From: an uncultured Cryomorphaceae bacterium
GTDB taxonomy: Bacteria; Bacteroidota; Bacteroidia; Flavobacteriales; Schleiferiaceae
DNA length: 64,000 nt
Reading direction: 5' to 3'
Assembly (NCBI GenBank): GCA_913031435.1
Contig: CAJWFD010000004.1
Coordinates: forward strand, 11,588 to 75,587
Every line of letters begins with the position of its first letter. Positions within the stretch are counted from its first letter, which is position 1. Position numbers and translations under genes: made by a program. Shown here piece after piece: positions 1 through 9,666 of the stretch. Under the pieces are notes generated by a model that was given only the letters and a program-made list of their open reading frames with translations, had not been told where the DNA came from and did not search any database.

Positions 1-466
1 AGTATTCTACGTTGTAACGCAAGAAATCCGCGAATTCACAAACGGCATCAATTTCTGCTTGGTAACAATTCTTGCCTTGAGCAAGCATGGTAGCGGCATT
101 TATTTTATATCGATACTTCGTGCTAATTAACTCAGCTGCTTTTAAGAAAATGGCAGCTCTGTGTTCCCAGGGCATATCACCCCAGGCCTCACGTGCATCT
201 AAAGCAGCATCTACAGCAGCTTTCACATGAGTATGGTCACCGATGTGGTAATGACCCAGTATGTGCTGGTGGTCATGCGGAGGACGTAACGCCGCTGTTT
301 TACCGGTACGAACCTCTTCCGCACCAATATACATGGGTACATCTACTGTACTGTAATATTGATCTTTATAAGAAGCAAGCAGGGCTTCTCTTTCAGGGCT
401 TCCTGGTGCATAGTCGTAAATGGGCTCGTTTTGAGCGACCGGTACATTGAAAATTCCGTTTGACAT
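1..466 (-). CDS. pruA: 1-pyrroline-5-carboxylate (L-glutamate gamma-semialdehyde) dehydrogenase, N-terminal ~155 codons; the rest lies outside the window
   Basis: Absent from the ORF track because it runs off the window. My translation of the minus strand from the ATG at 466..464 gives MSNGIFNVPVAQNEPIYDYAPGSPEREALLASYKDQYYSTVDVPMYIGAEEVRTGK...AVCEFADFLRYNVEY, open to position 1. It resembles the N-terminus of ALDH4-type P5C dehydrogenases as I recall them. Confidence 0.7.
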   Translation of the reverse strand, partial: MSNGIFNVPVAQNEPIYDYAPGSPEREALLASYKDQYYSTVDVPMYIGAEEVRTGKTAALRPPHDHQHILGHYHIGDHTHVKAAVDAALDAREAWGDMPWEHRAAIFLKAAELISTKYRYKINAATMLAQGKNCYQAEIDAVCEFADFLRYNVEY

Positions 467-495
467 GTTGTGAGATTTTGGTTCTGTATAAAGGA

Positions 496-503
496 CAAAG
501 TTA
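496..503 (-). promoter_or_regulatory. Candidate -7 box (TAACTTTG on minus strand) for pruA
   Basis: Plus-strand caaagtta at 496..503 is TAACTTTG on the minus strand, an exact match to the Bacteroidota sigma-A -7 consensus TAnnTTTG. It lies about 30 nt upstream of the pruA ATG. I found no clear -33 TTG. Confidence 0.35.
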
Positions 504-603
504 CGCAGTAGAGATTGGAATGTAGGAAACTGAAGATAGTATTGCCCGGTTGGGTTGAAAATGTTGATTTTCAGTGTATAATAAAGTAAACTTTTTAGCA
601 AGA

Positions 604-637
604 TTTGTGCGTAGGCTAGTAGAAGCTCTTAGTTTTG
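604..637 (+). promoter_or_regulatory. Candidate promoter for serC-serA (-33 TTTG / -7 TAGTTTTG)
   Basis: TTTG at 604..607 and TAGTTTTG at 630..637, with a 22-nt spacer that is slightly long. The -7 box ends 22 nt before the serC ATG at 660. Confidence 0.4.
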
Positions 638-659
638 TGGTTCATTTTAACTACGACAA

Positions 660-1727
660 ATGAAAATTCATAATTTCTCTGCGGGTCCATGTATTCTGCC
701 GACCCAAGTCTTTCAAGAAGCATCTGAAGCAATGCTTAATTTTGATAATTTAGGATTGTCTATTGTTGAAATATCCCACCGCAGTAAGAATTTTGTTGCG
801 GTAATGGACGAGGCTGTAGCATTAGTCAAAGAACTATTACATGTACCCAACTCCCATGAGGTGATTTTTATTCAGGGTGGAGCTTCGTTGCAATTTGCAA
901 TGACTGCATTTAATTTCCTTACAGAGACTGGAAAAGCACAATACCTTGATACGGGAGTATGGGCATTTAAAGCTTTTAAAGAGGCGTCTGGGTTAGGCGA
1001 TGCAGAAATTGTAGCGTCCTCTAAAGACAAAAACTACAGCTACATCCCAAAAGGCTATAACATTGATCCTCATTCGGATTATTTCCACTGTACCTCGAAT
1101 AATACCATTTACGGAGCGCAGTTAAAAGAGTTTCCTTTGACAGAAGTTCCTGTTATTTGTGATATGAGTTCGGATATATTTTCCCGACCTGTTGACGTTG
1201 CGAAGTTTGACCTTATTTATGCTGGTGCACAAAAGAATCTGGGTCCAGCTGGAGCAACGCTCGTGATTGTGAAGAAAAGTGCTTTAGGTAAATCTGGTAG
1301 GTATATACCGGCAATGTTAGACTACAACACGCATATTTCGAAAGAGAGCATGTTTAATACTCCACCCGTATTTTCTATTTACGTAAGCATGTTAACCTTG
1401 CGTTGGTTGAAAGAAAATGGAGGAGTAGAAGCCATTCATCATAAAAATGAGGCTAAAGCTGCTCTTCTATACCATGAGATAGATAGAAACCCTCTTTTTG
1501 AAGGTACTGTGGTAAAGGAAGATCGATCTTCAATGAATGCCTGTTTTTTATTAAAAGATGAAGCAGCTCACAAGGACGCGTTCAACGCATTAATCACGGA
1601 AGCTAGAATTAATGGTCTCGCTGGTCACCGTTCTGTAGGTGGATACAGAGCTTCCATGTACAATGCTCTGGGACAAGAAAGTGTTCAAGTTTTAGTGGAT
1701 TGCATGAAAAAATTAGAAAATAAATAA
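660..1727 (+). CDS. serC: Phosphoserine aminotransferase
   Basis: 355-aa ORF. The N-terminus MKIHNFSAGPCILP and overall class-V aminotransferase pattern are typical of SerC. serA follows 2 nt downstream. Confidence 0.93.
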   Translation: MKIHNFSAGPCILPTQVFQEASEAMLNFDNLGLSIVEISHRSKNFVAVMDEAVALVKELLHVPNSHEVIFIQGGASLQFAMTAFNFLTETGKAQYLDTGVWAFKAFKEASGLGDAEIVASSKDKNYSYIPKGYNIDPHSDYFHCTSNNTIYGAQLKEFPLTEVPVICDMSSDIFSRPVDVAKFDLIYAGAQKNLGPAGATLVIVKKSALGKSGRYIPAMLDYNTHISKESMFNTPPVFSIYVSMLTLRWLKENGGVEAIHHKNEAKAALLYHEIDRNPLFEGTVVKEDRSSMNACFLLKDEAAHKDAFNALITEARINGLAGHRSVGGYRASMYNALGQESVQVLVDCMKKLENK

Positions 1728-1729
1728 AC

Positions 1730-2671
1730 ATGAAAGTCTTAGCAAACGATGGAATATCTCCTTCTGGAGTGGCAGCAATAGCCGCAGGAGGACATGAACT
1801 AATAACAACCAAAGTAGCACAAGAGCAACTGGTGAATTACATCAACGAGCACAACGTTGAAGTGGTTTTAGTGCGTTCAGCTACTACAGTAAGAAAAGAT
1901 TTAATTGATGCTTGCCCTTCCTTAAAAGGAATAGGAAGAGGCGGTGTTGGCATGGATAACATAGATGTGGACTATGCTCGCGAAAAAGGCTTGACCGTAT
2001 TTAACACGCCTGCCGCTTCATCTGATTCTGTCGCGGAATTAGTTATGGGACACATGAGAGGTCTTGTTCGCTTCCTACATGATTCTAATCGTGAGATGCC
2101 TCTTGATGGAGACACGAAATTTGGAGTCTTGAAAAAGGCATATGCGAAAGGCTTGGAGTTACGTGGACGTACATTAGGTATTGTTGGTTTTGGCAGAATA
2201 GGTCAAGCACTAGCGAAACTTGCTGTTGGAGCTGGGATGAACGTGATATTTTCGGATATCCACGATAAAGACATGGATGTTGAGTTGTCTTTATTTGACG
2301 GTCAAAAGGTAAAGTTTACTTGTAAAAATGTAGGTTTTAAGGAGATATTGAAACAATCAGATTTTATTTCAGTGCACGTTCCCGGCGGTGATCTCATAGG
2401 TAGTGATGAGATTGCTAAAATGAAGGATGGTGTATTCTTGTTGAATGCTGCCCGGGGCGGTGTAATTAACGAGCAAGCGCTGTTGGATGCGTTGGAATCA
2501 AATAAGGTGGCTGGAGCTGCATTAGACGTTTTTACTAAGGAGCCTACACCAGCGATCAAGCTATTAATGAATGGAAAAATCAGCCTCACGCCTCACATAG
2601 GTGCAGCGACATTAGAAGCTCAGGATAGAATTGGAACCGAGTTGGCAGCGCATATTAATGCACTCGCTTAA
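1730..2671 (+). CDS. serA: D-3-phosphoglycerate dehydrogenase (short form without ACT domain), D-2-hydroxyacid dehydrogenase family
   Basis: 313 aa with an NAD-binding GxGxxG motif (GIVGFGRIGQALA) and the family C-terminal region (LTPHIGA). It is tightly linked to serC. Confidence 0.85.
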   Translation: MKVLANDGISPSGVAAIAAGGHELITTKVAQEQLVNYINEHNVEVVLVRSATTVRKDLIDACPSLKGIGRGGVGMDNIDVDYAREKGLTVFNTPAASSDSVAELVMGHMRGLVRFLHDSNREMPLDGDTKFGVLKKAYAKGLELRGRTLGIVGFGRIGQALAKLAVGAGMNVIFSDIHDKDMDVELSLFDGQKVKFTCKNVGFKEILKQSDFISVHVPGGDLIGSDEIAKMKDGVFLLNAARGGVINEQALLDALESNKVAGAALDVFTKEPTPAIKLLMNGKISLTPHIGAATLEAQDRIGTELAAHINALA

Positions 2672-2684
2672 CAAATACCATTAT

Positions 2685-2721
2685 AAAAAAAAGGCCCGCG
2701 TAATTGCGGGCCTTTTTTTTT
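2685..2721 (+). terminator. Rho-independent terminator after serA (A-tract and T-tract on either side, potentially bidirectional)
   Basis: Stem aaggcccgc (2691..2699) pairs with gcgggcctt (2706..2714) around loop gtaatt, followed by a T-run to 2721. Confidence 0.85.
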
Positions 2722-2773
2722 ATAAATCGACCACCACGGAGTAACTTCGGGAAACCTTAATGAACAGAACTCG

Positions 2774-3937
2774 ATGCTATCACCATTTAAAGCAGTTCGC
2801 CCGACCCGCGACAAAGCGTATCTCGTTGCGACGAGATCTTATCTGAATTACTTCCCTGAAGAACTCAAGGATAAGTTGGACAATAATCCATTTACCTTTC
2901 TTCACGTGATTAACCCAGATGTTTACGCGAGTGAGCCTGCTGAAAATAGATTTGAAGCAGTTAGAAAGAGATTCGATGCATTTACAGAAGAGGGGGTCTT
3001 TATCAAGGAGACTGAGCCTGTTTACTTTCTTTACCAGCAAGTCACTCCATCGTCTACGTTTGAAGGTGTGATAGGATTGTTAGACACCGGTCATATTGAC
3101 GCAGGTAAAGTGGTGGTACACGAAAACACGATCCAGCAACGAGAGGAACTCTTTGCAAATTATTTGGAGTGCACGGGCTTTCAAGCAGAGCCGATATTGG
3201 TTTTTGGAGAAGCTTCTGAAAGGCGTGCTGAAATTTTCGCGGAGATCAAAAAGGAGCGACCAGAATATGAATTCAGCTCAACGGACCGATATGAACACCG
3301 CGTTTGGGTCATTCCTGCTCTGTTAGCTACAGAGCTCGAACAGGAGTTTAAACAACTCGAGGATGTATATATAGCGGATGGACATCATAGATTGGCGTCT
3401 ACTAAAAAAGTAGCAGAGCGATTGCCAAGTAACATGGACGCCCAAGGAGTACTTTGTATGTTAATGGGTGAAGATCAGGTTAAAATTGACTCGTTTGAAC
3501 GTTGGTTCAGGTTAGAGAATGCACATTTTGATTTGAACTGTTTGGAGGAAGATTTTGACATAACGCCATTGTCACATTGGAACCTTGCTCCAAAATACCA
3601 TATTGAAATATATGCAGAGGGAAGTTGGTTCGGATTGACCTATCGTTCTAGTGAGGTACCGGATTTAAAGCCCCAATTGCTCTTGGATAAAATATTAAAG
3701 CCGCATTTATCGGTACTTGATCCAAGGAATGACCAGCGCCTTGAATATATTAGACAGGGTACCACAGATGAGAGTCAACTTATGACGGAAAAGGGATTTC
3801 ACTTGGGCTTTAGACTTCCTTCCGTGAGTGTAGATTTATTAAAAAAAATTGGCAAGAGTGGAGGCATCATGCCTCCAAAAAGTACCTATATAGAACCTAA
3901 ACTTAGGAGCGGATTATTCCTACATGTTTTCAAATGA
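2774..3937 (+). CDS. DUF1015 family protein
   Basis: 387 aa. The N-terminal LSPFKAVRPTRDKAYLVATRSY and the IADGHHR motif are characteristic of DUF1015. Its stop overlaps the next start (ATGA). Confidence 0.75.
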   Translation: MLSPFKAVRPTRDKAYLVATRSYLNYFPEELKDKLDNNPFTFLHVINPDVYASEPAENRFEAVRKRFDAFTEEGVFIKETEPVYFLYQQVTPSSTFEGVIGLLDTGHIDAGKVVVHENTIQQREELFANYLECTGFQAEPILVFGEASERRAEIFAEIKKERPEYEFSSTDRYEHRVWVIPALLATELEQEFKQLEDVYIADGHHRLASTKKVAERLPSNMDAQGVLCMLMGEDQVKIDSFERWFRLENAHFDLNCLEEDFDITPLSHWNLAPKYHIEIYAEGSWFGLTYRSSEVPDLKPQLLLDKILKPHLSVLDPRNDQRLEYIRQGTTDESQLMTEKGFHLGFRLPSVSVDLLKKIGKSGGIMPPKSTYIEPKLRSGLFLHVFK

Positions 3938-4587
3938 GTATTACAGACGCAATAAATCAGTACAAGGAGATTCTTGGATCAGAGGTGAAACTCGTCGCAG
4001 TAAGCAAAACCAAGCCCGAATCTGCTATTATGGAGGCATATCAGGCGGGGCAACGAGACTTTGGTGAAAATAAAATCCAGGAAATGACTGCAAAGGCAGA
4101 GTCGTTACCAAGCGATATACGCTGGCATATGATAGGCAATGTCCAGACTAATAAAATTAAGTATATGGCTTCTTATGTCCATCTAGTCCATGGTGTCGAT
4201 CGAGAAAAAGTACTTAAAGAGTTAAACAAACAGGGTCAAATTAATGGACGGGTTATTTCCTGCTTATTACAAGTACATATTGCTGAAGAAGACACCAAGT
4301 TTGGTTTTGATTATGCGGAATGCATAGAATTATTGGGTCGCTTAGACCAGTATAAGAATGTCACTGTAGCAGGACTTATGGGGATGGCAACGAATACCAA
4401 CAATCAAGAACAGATCACCAAGGAGTTTGTGGGTTTGAAGAATTTTTTTGATTCCCATGCTGTTGCGCACCAATGGAACACCTTGAGTATGGGCATGAGT
4501 GGAGACTATGAGCTAGCTATTGCGGCTGGCAGCACTGATGTGCGGATTGGTTCTGCTATATTTGGCGCTAGAAATTATACCATTTGA
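3934..4587 (+). CDS. yggS: YggS-family pyridoxal-phosphate-binding homeostasis protein
   Basis: 217 aa. It has the PLP-lysine context KLVAVSKTKP and the C-terminal SMGMSGDYELAI...VRIGSAIFG pattern of the YggS/PROSC family. Confidence 0.9.
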   Translation: MSITDAINQYKEILGSEVKLVAVSKTKPESAIMEAYQAGQRDFGENKIQEMTAKAESLPSDIRWHMIGNVQTNKIKYMASYVHLVHGVDREKVLKELNKQGQINGRVISCLLQVHIAEEDTKFGFDYAECIELLGRLDQYKNVTVAGLMGMATNTNNQEQITKEFVGLKNFFDSHAVAHQWNTLSMGMSGDYELAIAAGSTDVRIGSAIFGARNYTI

Positions 4588-5915
4588 AATTCGCAGTAAT
4601 AGATATTGAATGCACAGGCGGTACTTGGGGACAAGAGCGCATCATCGATGTAGCCGTATTCGTGCTAGAAGATGGCGAGGTCATTGACCAGTTTGTGTCT
4701 TTAGTAAATCCTGAAGCATCCATAGATCCATACGTATCCAAGCTTACGGGTATTACTAATAAGATGGTTCGGACAGCGCCTAAATTCTTTGAAATAGCGA
4801 AGCGCGTGGTTAAGATTACAGAAGATTGCACGTTTGTAGCGCACAATATAAGTTTCGATTACCGCGTATTTCAGCAGGAATTTTCGACGCTCGGCTTTGA
4901 CTACCACCGCGCGACATTAGATACCATTCCGTACTGCGAAAAGATCTTCCCCGATTGGTCAAATTATGGATTAAAGACCGTCAGTAAAGAATTAGGAATG
5001 GTCAATGCTGCACGCCATCGTGCAGAGGGTGATGCACGCTTAACTGTGGACTTACTTAAAATATTATTGGAAAAAGACCGGGCCTCTTATTTAGACCAAG
5101 TGTTTGTCTCTAAAACGGCCAGTGTCGAGCGAAACCCATTTAAGGAACAGGTTAAAAATCTACAGAATAGAGTCGGTATATACTATATCTATAATAACCA
5201 AGGTGAGATCATTTACATAGGAAGCAGTAAGGACTTACAGAATAGTGTGAACAGACATTTTGTTGCAGACAACAAGGTCGCGCTAGCTCTTCAGAATGAG
5301 GCTAAAAAACTTAAAACGGAGGATATCGGAAATGCGGCAATCGCTGAAATTTTGTATGTTCTAACCGTAGAACAGCACCGTCCTATTTATAATTCGGCAA
5401 AGAAAAAGCGATTGCTAGAGTTTGGGATTTTTATAGAGCCTCTGAAAAATGCAATGGTAGATATGGTTAGAATATACCCTGTTCGACACAAGGAGCCTCA
5501 GTTTTATTTCGCTGCTCCAAAACAAGCCTATAATTGGCTTCAAAAAGTCATGATGAATGAGCATCTGAACCCTGATAAATTCCTTTTAGATAAAGATAGA
5601 GCGCATTACCATAAGCATGTACCGCATTTACAATGGAAATCTGAACCTACAGCAGTGTCTTCCGCTGTATTGCGAGATTATGTATTGCCGAAAGAGGCTC
5701 TTTTAATGGGGCCGGGTAGAAAAGATCAAGAGAAATGTGTACTTATTATAGAAGGTGGACGACTTTTGGGATATACTTATTTCTATTTGGCATCTGACGG
5801 CTTAGATAAGCCATTTCTTAAAAAGAGAATGGTTCACTTGGATCATAATAATTACAACGCAAGTGTTGTACATCATTATTTGGAGTCCGGCTATTTAAAA
5901 AGTATTGAGTTGTAG
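4584..5915 (+). CDS. DEDDh 3'-5' exonuclease (DnaQ/epsilon-like) fused to a GIY-YIG nuclease domain (Cho-like), plus a ~200-aa uncharacterised C-terminal region
   Basis: 443 aa. Exo motifs are VIDIECTGG, VAHNISFDYRVF and HRAEGDARL. The GIY-YIG motif is VGIYYIYNNQGEIIYIGSSKDLQNSVNRHF. The start is a TTG at 4584 that overlaps the yggS stop (TTGA), and the first acidic Exo motif sits at residues 7-9, so the start must be here. Confidence 0.75.
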   Translation: MKFAVIDIECTGGTWGQERIIDVAVFVLEDGEVIDQFVSLVNPEASIDPYVSKLTGITNKMVRTAPKFFEIAKRVVKITEDCTFVAHNISFDYRVFQQEFSTLGFDYHRATLDTIPYCEKIFPDWSNYGLKTVSKELGMVNAARHRAEGDARLTVDLLKILLEKDRASYLDQVFVSKTASVERNPFKEQVKNLQNRVGIYYIYNNQGEIIYIGSSKDLQNSVNRHFVADNKVALALQNEAKKLKTEDIGNAAIAEILYVLTVEQHRPIYNSAKKKRLLEFGIFIEPLKNAMVDMVRIYPVRHKEPQFYFAAPKQAYNWLQKVMMNEHLNPDKFLLDKDRAHYHKHVPHLQWKSEPTAVSSAVLRDYVLPKEALLMGPGRKDQEKCVLIIEGGRLLGYTYFYLASDGLDKPFLKKRMVHLDHNNYNASVVHHYLESGYLKSIEL

Positions 5916-5916
5916 C

Positions 5917-6570
5917 TTATTCGAAGAAATAGGCTGCGCTTACCACAAGCTGGCTGCTTCTGGAATCTAGAGAGAAATCATAATCGGTATCGTTGTAGTT
6001 GTAATTCACATTTCTAGCCAACATCCCAAACCCACTTTCATATTTTATTTCAGCCAAGAGCCGCCATACTTTAATGCCGGCATGAATGTGCCATCCCCAA
6101 GTAAATTGAGCCTCTGTATCGTTGGACCAGATGGCACTGGCATTAGCGAGAGGCATTGAAGGCGTAGCACCTAAGCCGGCGAAAATAGGCCCTATTTTCG
6201 CACCAGCACTCAGCGGGAAATCCAAACGTTGTACTAATGAACTCAAGTCTAAGTCATTGCCATTATCGGTAATAGATATGCCTTGTTTAAACTGAGTATA
6301 TAAGGCTTCACCATGTACATATACAGGAATCAATGGTAATGAAATACGTGCGATTACTCCTGCATTAAAGCCATTACTAATGTCAGTTTGTATGTTCGAG
6401 ATATCATACGTCTGGTCATTAATAATACTTAAAACATCCTGGGTGCTCAGGGACGCCTGCGGGTAATTAACACCTGCTTTAGCACCAAATTTAATCACCT
6501 TGAATTGAGCAGTCATTAGAGTTGTGGAAAAACACAATAGCGTAATCAAGAACCGTTTAAGAGTCGTCAT
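5917..6570 (-). CDS. Outer-membrane beta-barrel (porin-family) protein
   Basis: 217 aa with a signal peptide (MTTLKRFLITLLCFSTTLMTAQ), an alternating amphipathic pattern and an aromatic C-terminus (AAYFFE). Confidence 0.6.
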   Translation of the reverse strand: MTTLKRFLITLLCFSTTLMTAQFKVIKFGAKAGVNYPQASLSTQDVLSIINDQTYDISNIQTDISNGFNAGVIARISLPLIPVYVHGEALYTQFKQGISITDNGNDLDLSSLVQRLDFPLSAGAKIGPIFAGLGATPSMPLANASAIWSNDTEAQFTWGWHIHAGIKVWRLLAEIKYESGFGMLARNVNYNYNDTDYDFSLDSRSSQLVVSAAYFFE

Positions 6571-6597
6571 AATGGGCTTCTTTTAGTTTGCTCGAAG

Positions 6598-7542
6598 TTA
6601 TTTATGAGTCAAAAAGGATTCGACATGGGTATATATTCTATCCGATGCCCCTTGCTCAGGTGCTGGCTCAAAGTCTTTGCCGGTAATAGATTTGAATAAT
6701 TCCTGATAACGTTTGCTTACCATCTCAACAAAGTCATCTGTCATTTCCGGAACTACTTGTCCTTGTTTGCCTTGAAACCCTTGTTCCATAAGCCATTCAC
6801 GGACAAACTCTTTACTCAATTGATGTTGAGTTTCTCCTTTATCTTGTCTGTTTTGATAACCATCGAGATAAAAGTATCGAGAACTATCAGGGGTGTGTAT
6901 TTCATCGATGAGTACAATGGTGCCGTCAGATAGCTTTCCAAACTCGTATTTAGTATCTACTAGAATAAGACCACGCTCATTCGCCATTTGCTGACCACGT
7001 GCGAATAAAGCTTGCGTATGGCGCTCTAGTTCAATGTAGTCTGATTCTGATACAATTCCTCTCGCAATGATGTCTTCTCGTGAAATGTCCTCGTCATGTT
7101 CGCCATGTGCTGCTTTCGTAGCCGGTGTTATTATCGGAACACTGAAGGCGTCGTTTTCTTTCATCCCTTCCGGAAGTGCTACACCACAAAGTTCTCTCAA
7201 GCCACTTTTATAGGTTCTAGCAGCATGGCCAGCTAAATAGCCACGTATGACCATCTCCACTTGAAAAGGTGCTGCACGATGTCCCACAGTCACCTGAGGG
7301 TCAGGCGAAGCCAATCTCCAATTAGGTACGATATCTGAGGTCGCTATTAAAAAATGCTCGGCAATTTGATTCAATACTTGTCCCTTTCCGGGGATGGGTC
7401 TTGGTAGAACAACATCAAATGCTGATATTCTATCAGAGGCAACCATCACCAGTTGCTCCTGATTGATGGTATAAACGTCACGAACTTTCCCTCGGTAAAA
7501 ATTAGTCTGACCAGTAAAACTGTATTCGGGTTCCTGGTTCAT
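6598..7542 (-). CDS. purC: Phosphoribosylaminoimidazole-succinocarboxamide (SAICAR) synthase, long form
   Basis: 314 aa. It carries YRGKVRDVY near the N-terminus and [11 protein letters not shown], both SAICAR synthase signatures. Confidence 0.93.
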   Translation of the reverse strand: MNQEPEYSFTGQTNFYRGKVRDVYTINQEQLVMVASDRISAFDVVLPRPIPGKGQVLNQIAEHFLIATSDIVPNWRLASPDPQVTVGHRAAPFQVEMVIRGYLAGHAARTYKSGLRELCGVALPEGMKENDAFSVPIITPATKAAHGEHDEDISREDIIARGIVSESDYIELERHTQALFARGQQMANERGLILVDTKYEFGKLSDGTIVLIDEIHTPDSSRYFYLDGYQNRQDKGETQHQLSKEFVREWLMEQGFQGKQGQVVPEMTDDFVEMVSKRYQELFKSITGKDFEPAPEQGASDRIYTHVESFLTHK

Positions 7543-7545
7543 GAT

Positions 7546-8490
7546 TTAATCTTTTTGCTCGTAAGCGTTAATGATCTTTTTAACTAAGGGATGCCTGAGA
7601 ACATCTCTCCCATCTAACTCTACAATTCCTATGCCTTTAATGTCTTTAAGCTTAATTAGAACTTCCTTAAGTCCACTTTTTTGATGTTTAGGTAAATCAA
7701 TTTGAGTAGGATCTCCGGTAATAATAAAACGTGAATTCTCTCCCATTCGAGTTAAAAACATTTTCATTTGGGAGGTCGTTGTATTCTGACTTTCATCTAA
7801 AATAACATAGGCATCGTCCAATGTGCGCCCTCTCATAAAAGCGAGTGGTGCAATTTCAATGGTTTTGTTTTCCAAATAAAAATCAAGCTTCTCTTTAGGA
7901 AGCATATCTCTCAAAGCGTCGTAAAGAGGCTGTAAGTAGGGATCTAGCTTTTCTTTGAGGTCGCCGGGCAAAAAGCCAAGATTTTCTCCTGCTTCTACTG
8001 CTGGACGTGTCATTACAATCCTGCGTACTTCTCTGTTCTTTAATGCATTAACAGCTAGTGCTACTGCGGTATATGTTTTACCTGTTCCAGCGGGTCCTAC
8101 GGCAAACACAAGATCGTTCTCCGATGAAATCTCAACGAGCCTTTGTTGATTGACCGTTTTCGCTTTTATGATACGTCCAGCATGCCCGTGAAGGATTACT
8201 TCATCTTTGAGCATCGTGTTTCTTGATCTTAAAGTTTCCCTGGATTCAATAATTTCATCTAAGATTCTTTGGTCAAGAGTTTTGTGGGCACGAACGTATG
8301 CGACGATGGCCTCGAGCTTATCCTCAAACTCCTCGATTACGTCTTCAGGGCCTTCGACCTTAATTTCGTGGCCTCGAGCAACTATTTTTAACTCAGAAAA
8401 GTACGCGCCTATTTGTTTCAAATAGGTGTTACTAGGGCCATAAAGTTGAGCTGGATCGGCCTCGGCTAGTTTAAAAACTCGATGTGTCAA
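7546..8490 (-). CDS. phoH: PhoH-family ATPase
   Basis: 314 aa with Walker A GPAGTGKT, Walker B-like VILDESQN and DPTQIDLP, typical of PhoH. Confidence 0.9.
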   Translation of the reverse strand: MTHRVFKLAEADPAQLYGPSNTYLKQIGAYFSELKIVARGHEIKVEGPEDVIEEFEDKLEAIVAYVRAHKTLDQRILDEIIESRETLRSRNTMLKDEVILHGHAGRIIKAKTVNQQRLVEISSENDLVFAVGPAGTGKTYTAVALAVNALKNREVRRIVMTRPAVEAGENLGFLPGDLKEKLDPYLQPLYDALRDMLPKEKLDFYLENKTIEIAPLAFMRGRTLDDAYVILDESQNTTTSQMKMFLTRMGENSRFIITGDPTQIDLPKHQKSGLKEVLIKLKDIKGIGIVELDGRDVLRHPLVKKIINAYEQKD

Positions 8491-8532
8491 TTACTGCTTG
8501 GTTGAGTGCTATAATTCAAGGCGGAATTGCCT

Positions 8533-8540
8533 TACTTTTG
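8533..8540 (+). promoter_or_regulatory. Candidate -7 box (TACTTTTG) for the 8590.. operon
   Basis: Exact TAnnTTTG match ending 49 nt upstream of the ATG at 8590. Confidence 0.35.
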
Positions 8541-8589
8541 ACAAAGTAACTACATTTTAATCAATACTCAACCCAGCGAGAGCTGTTCT

Positions 8590-9378
8590 ATGACTGTCAT
8601 CACGTTTACATCTGATTTTGGACTCCGAGATACGACTGTCGCTCGTGTCAAAGCCCGCTTTATGCGCAGGGTTAAGGATCCGTTGATGGTGGACGTTTCT
8701 CACTTGGTGGAGCCGCATAATATAACGGAGGCCGCTTTTATGCTTCGTCGGGTTTACCAAGACTTTCCTCCTGGTACCATCCATTGTGTCTTTGTGGGTG
8801 CTGGTACACAAGAAAATAAGGAGTATATATGCCTCAAGGCCAATGGTCATTATTTTTTAGGTGTAAATAATGGCATTTTAACAAGTGTGTTGAATGGCGC
8901 AAAAATAACTGGCGCTCGCGTTTTAGATATTCGTGGTGTTGACACTACGGATGAAAAAGATTTATTTGCAGCAGCAGCCGGACATCTATCCGTGCAGGGA
9001 AAGCTTGAAGTTTTAGGACCTCCGCTAAAGAGTGTGAAAAGGATAAAGGAGAATGCCCCGGCAATATCAGATTACGCAGTTCGCGGCCACGTGATCTATA
9101 TCGATCATTTTGGCACCTGTGTCACAAACATTTCAAAGGAGCTCTTTAACAGCCAATTAAAAGGTAGACGCGCTTCAGTAGAGGTCGCGAGAAATAGAAG
9201 TATCAAAACTATTTTTGACCATATTGCTGAGGTTCCTCAAGGTGATATTGCTGCTCTTTGGGACCAACACGGTATGCTTTGTATAGCGGTAGGGAAAAGT
9301 GGAGGCGATCATATCAAAGGGAGCAATGAACTTTTAGGAATGAAAATTCACGATTGGGTGAGAATTGATTTTGTATGA
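8590..9378 (+). CDS. SAM hydrolase / SAM-dependent halogenase family protein (DUF62, S-adenosyl-L-methionine hydroxide adenosyltransferase)
   Basis: 262 aa. The N-terminal ITFTSDFGLRDTTVA matches the family LTDFG..D.Y motif, and length and layout fit DUF62. Confidence 0.75.
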   Translation: MTVITFTSDFGLRDTTVARVKARFMRRVKDPLMVDVSHLVEPHNITEAAFMLRRVYQDFPPGTIHCVFVGAGTQENKEYICLKANGHYFLGVNNGILTSVLNGAKITGARVLDIRGVDTTDEKDLFAAAAGHLSVQGKLEVLGPPLKSVKRIKENAPAISDYAVRGHVIYIDHFGTCVTNISKELFNSQLKGRRASVEVARNRSIKTIFDHIAEVPQGDIAALWDQHGMLCIAVGKSGGDHIKGSNELLGMKIHDWVRIDFV

Positions 9379-9665
9379 TCGTTAGAATAGTGAAACTTTC
9401 CATTGATCCTAATTCAGAGAAAGGAACCTCTTTTAGGCGCTTATTTCTCGAGAGTAAAGAGCACATAGCGGGTCAAACGGGCTGTCATAAAGTCATTTTG
9501 CTAGAGTCGCAGTCGCATTTCTTTACCCACAGCACCTGGGATTCTGAAGAAGCCTTGGACAACTACCGGAAAAGTGATTTATTTGGAGACGTTTGGCCAA
9601 AAACAAAGGCTCTATTTTACGACAAACCAGAGGCTTGGACATGCCTTATGATAGAAGAAGCATAA
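9375..9665 (+). CDS. ABM (antibiotic biosynthesis monooxygenase-like) domain protein
   Basis: 96 aa, the size of a ferredoxin-like ABM fold. The pattern ...FTHSTWDSEEALDNYRKSDLF... resembles ABM proteins. There is an ATGA overlap with the upstream gene. Confidence 0.55.
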   Translation: MIVRIVKLSIDPNSEKGTSFRRLFLESKEHIAGQTGCHKVILLESQSHFFTHSTWDSEEALDNYRKSDLFGDVWPKTKALFYDKPEAWTCLMIEEA

Positions 9666-9666
9666 C

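Noticed and set aside
193-450. 85-aa plus-strand ORF at the left end
   Set aside because: It lies entirely antisense to the much better supported pruA-like reading frame (1..466, minus strand). It has no recognisable motifs.
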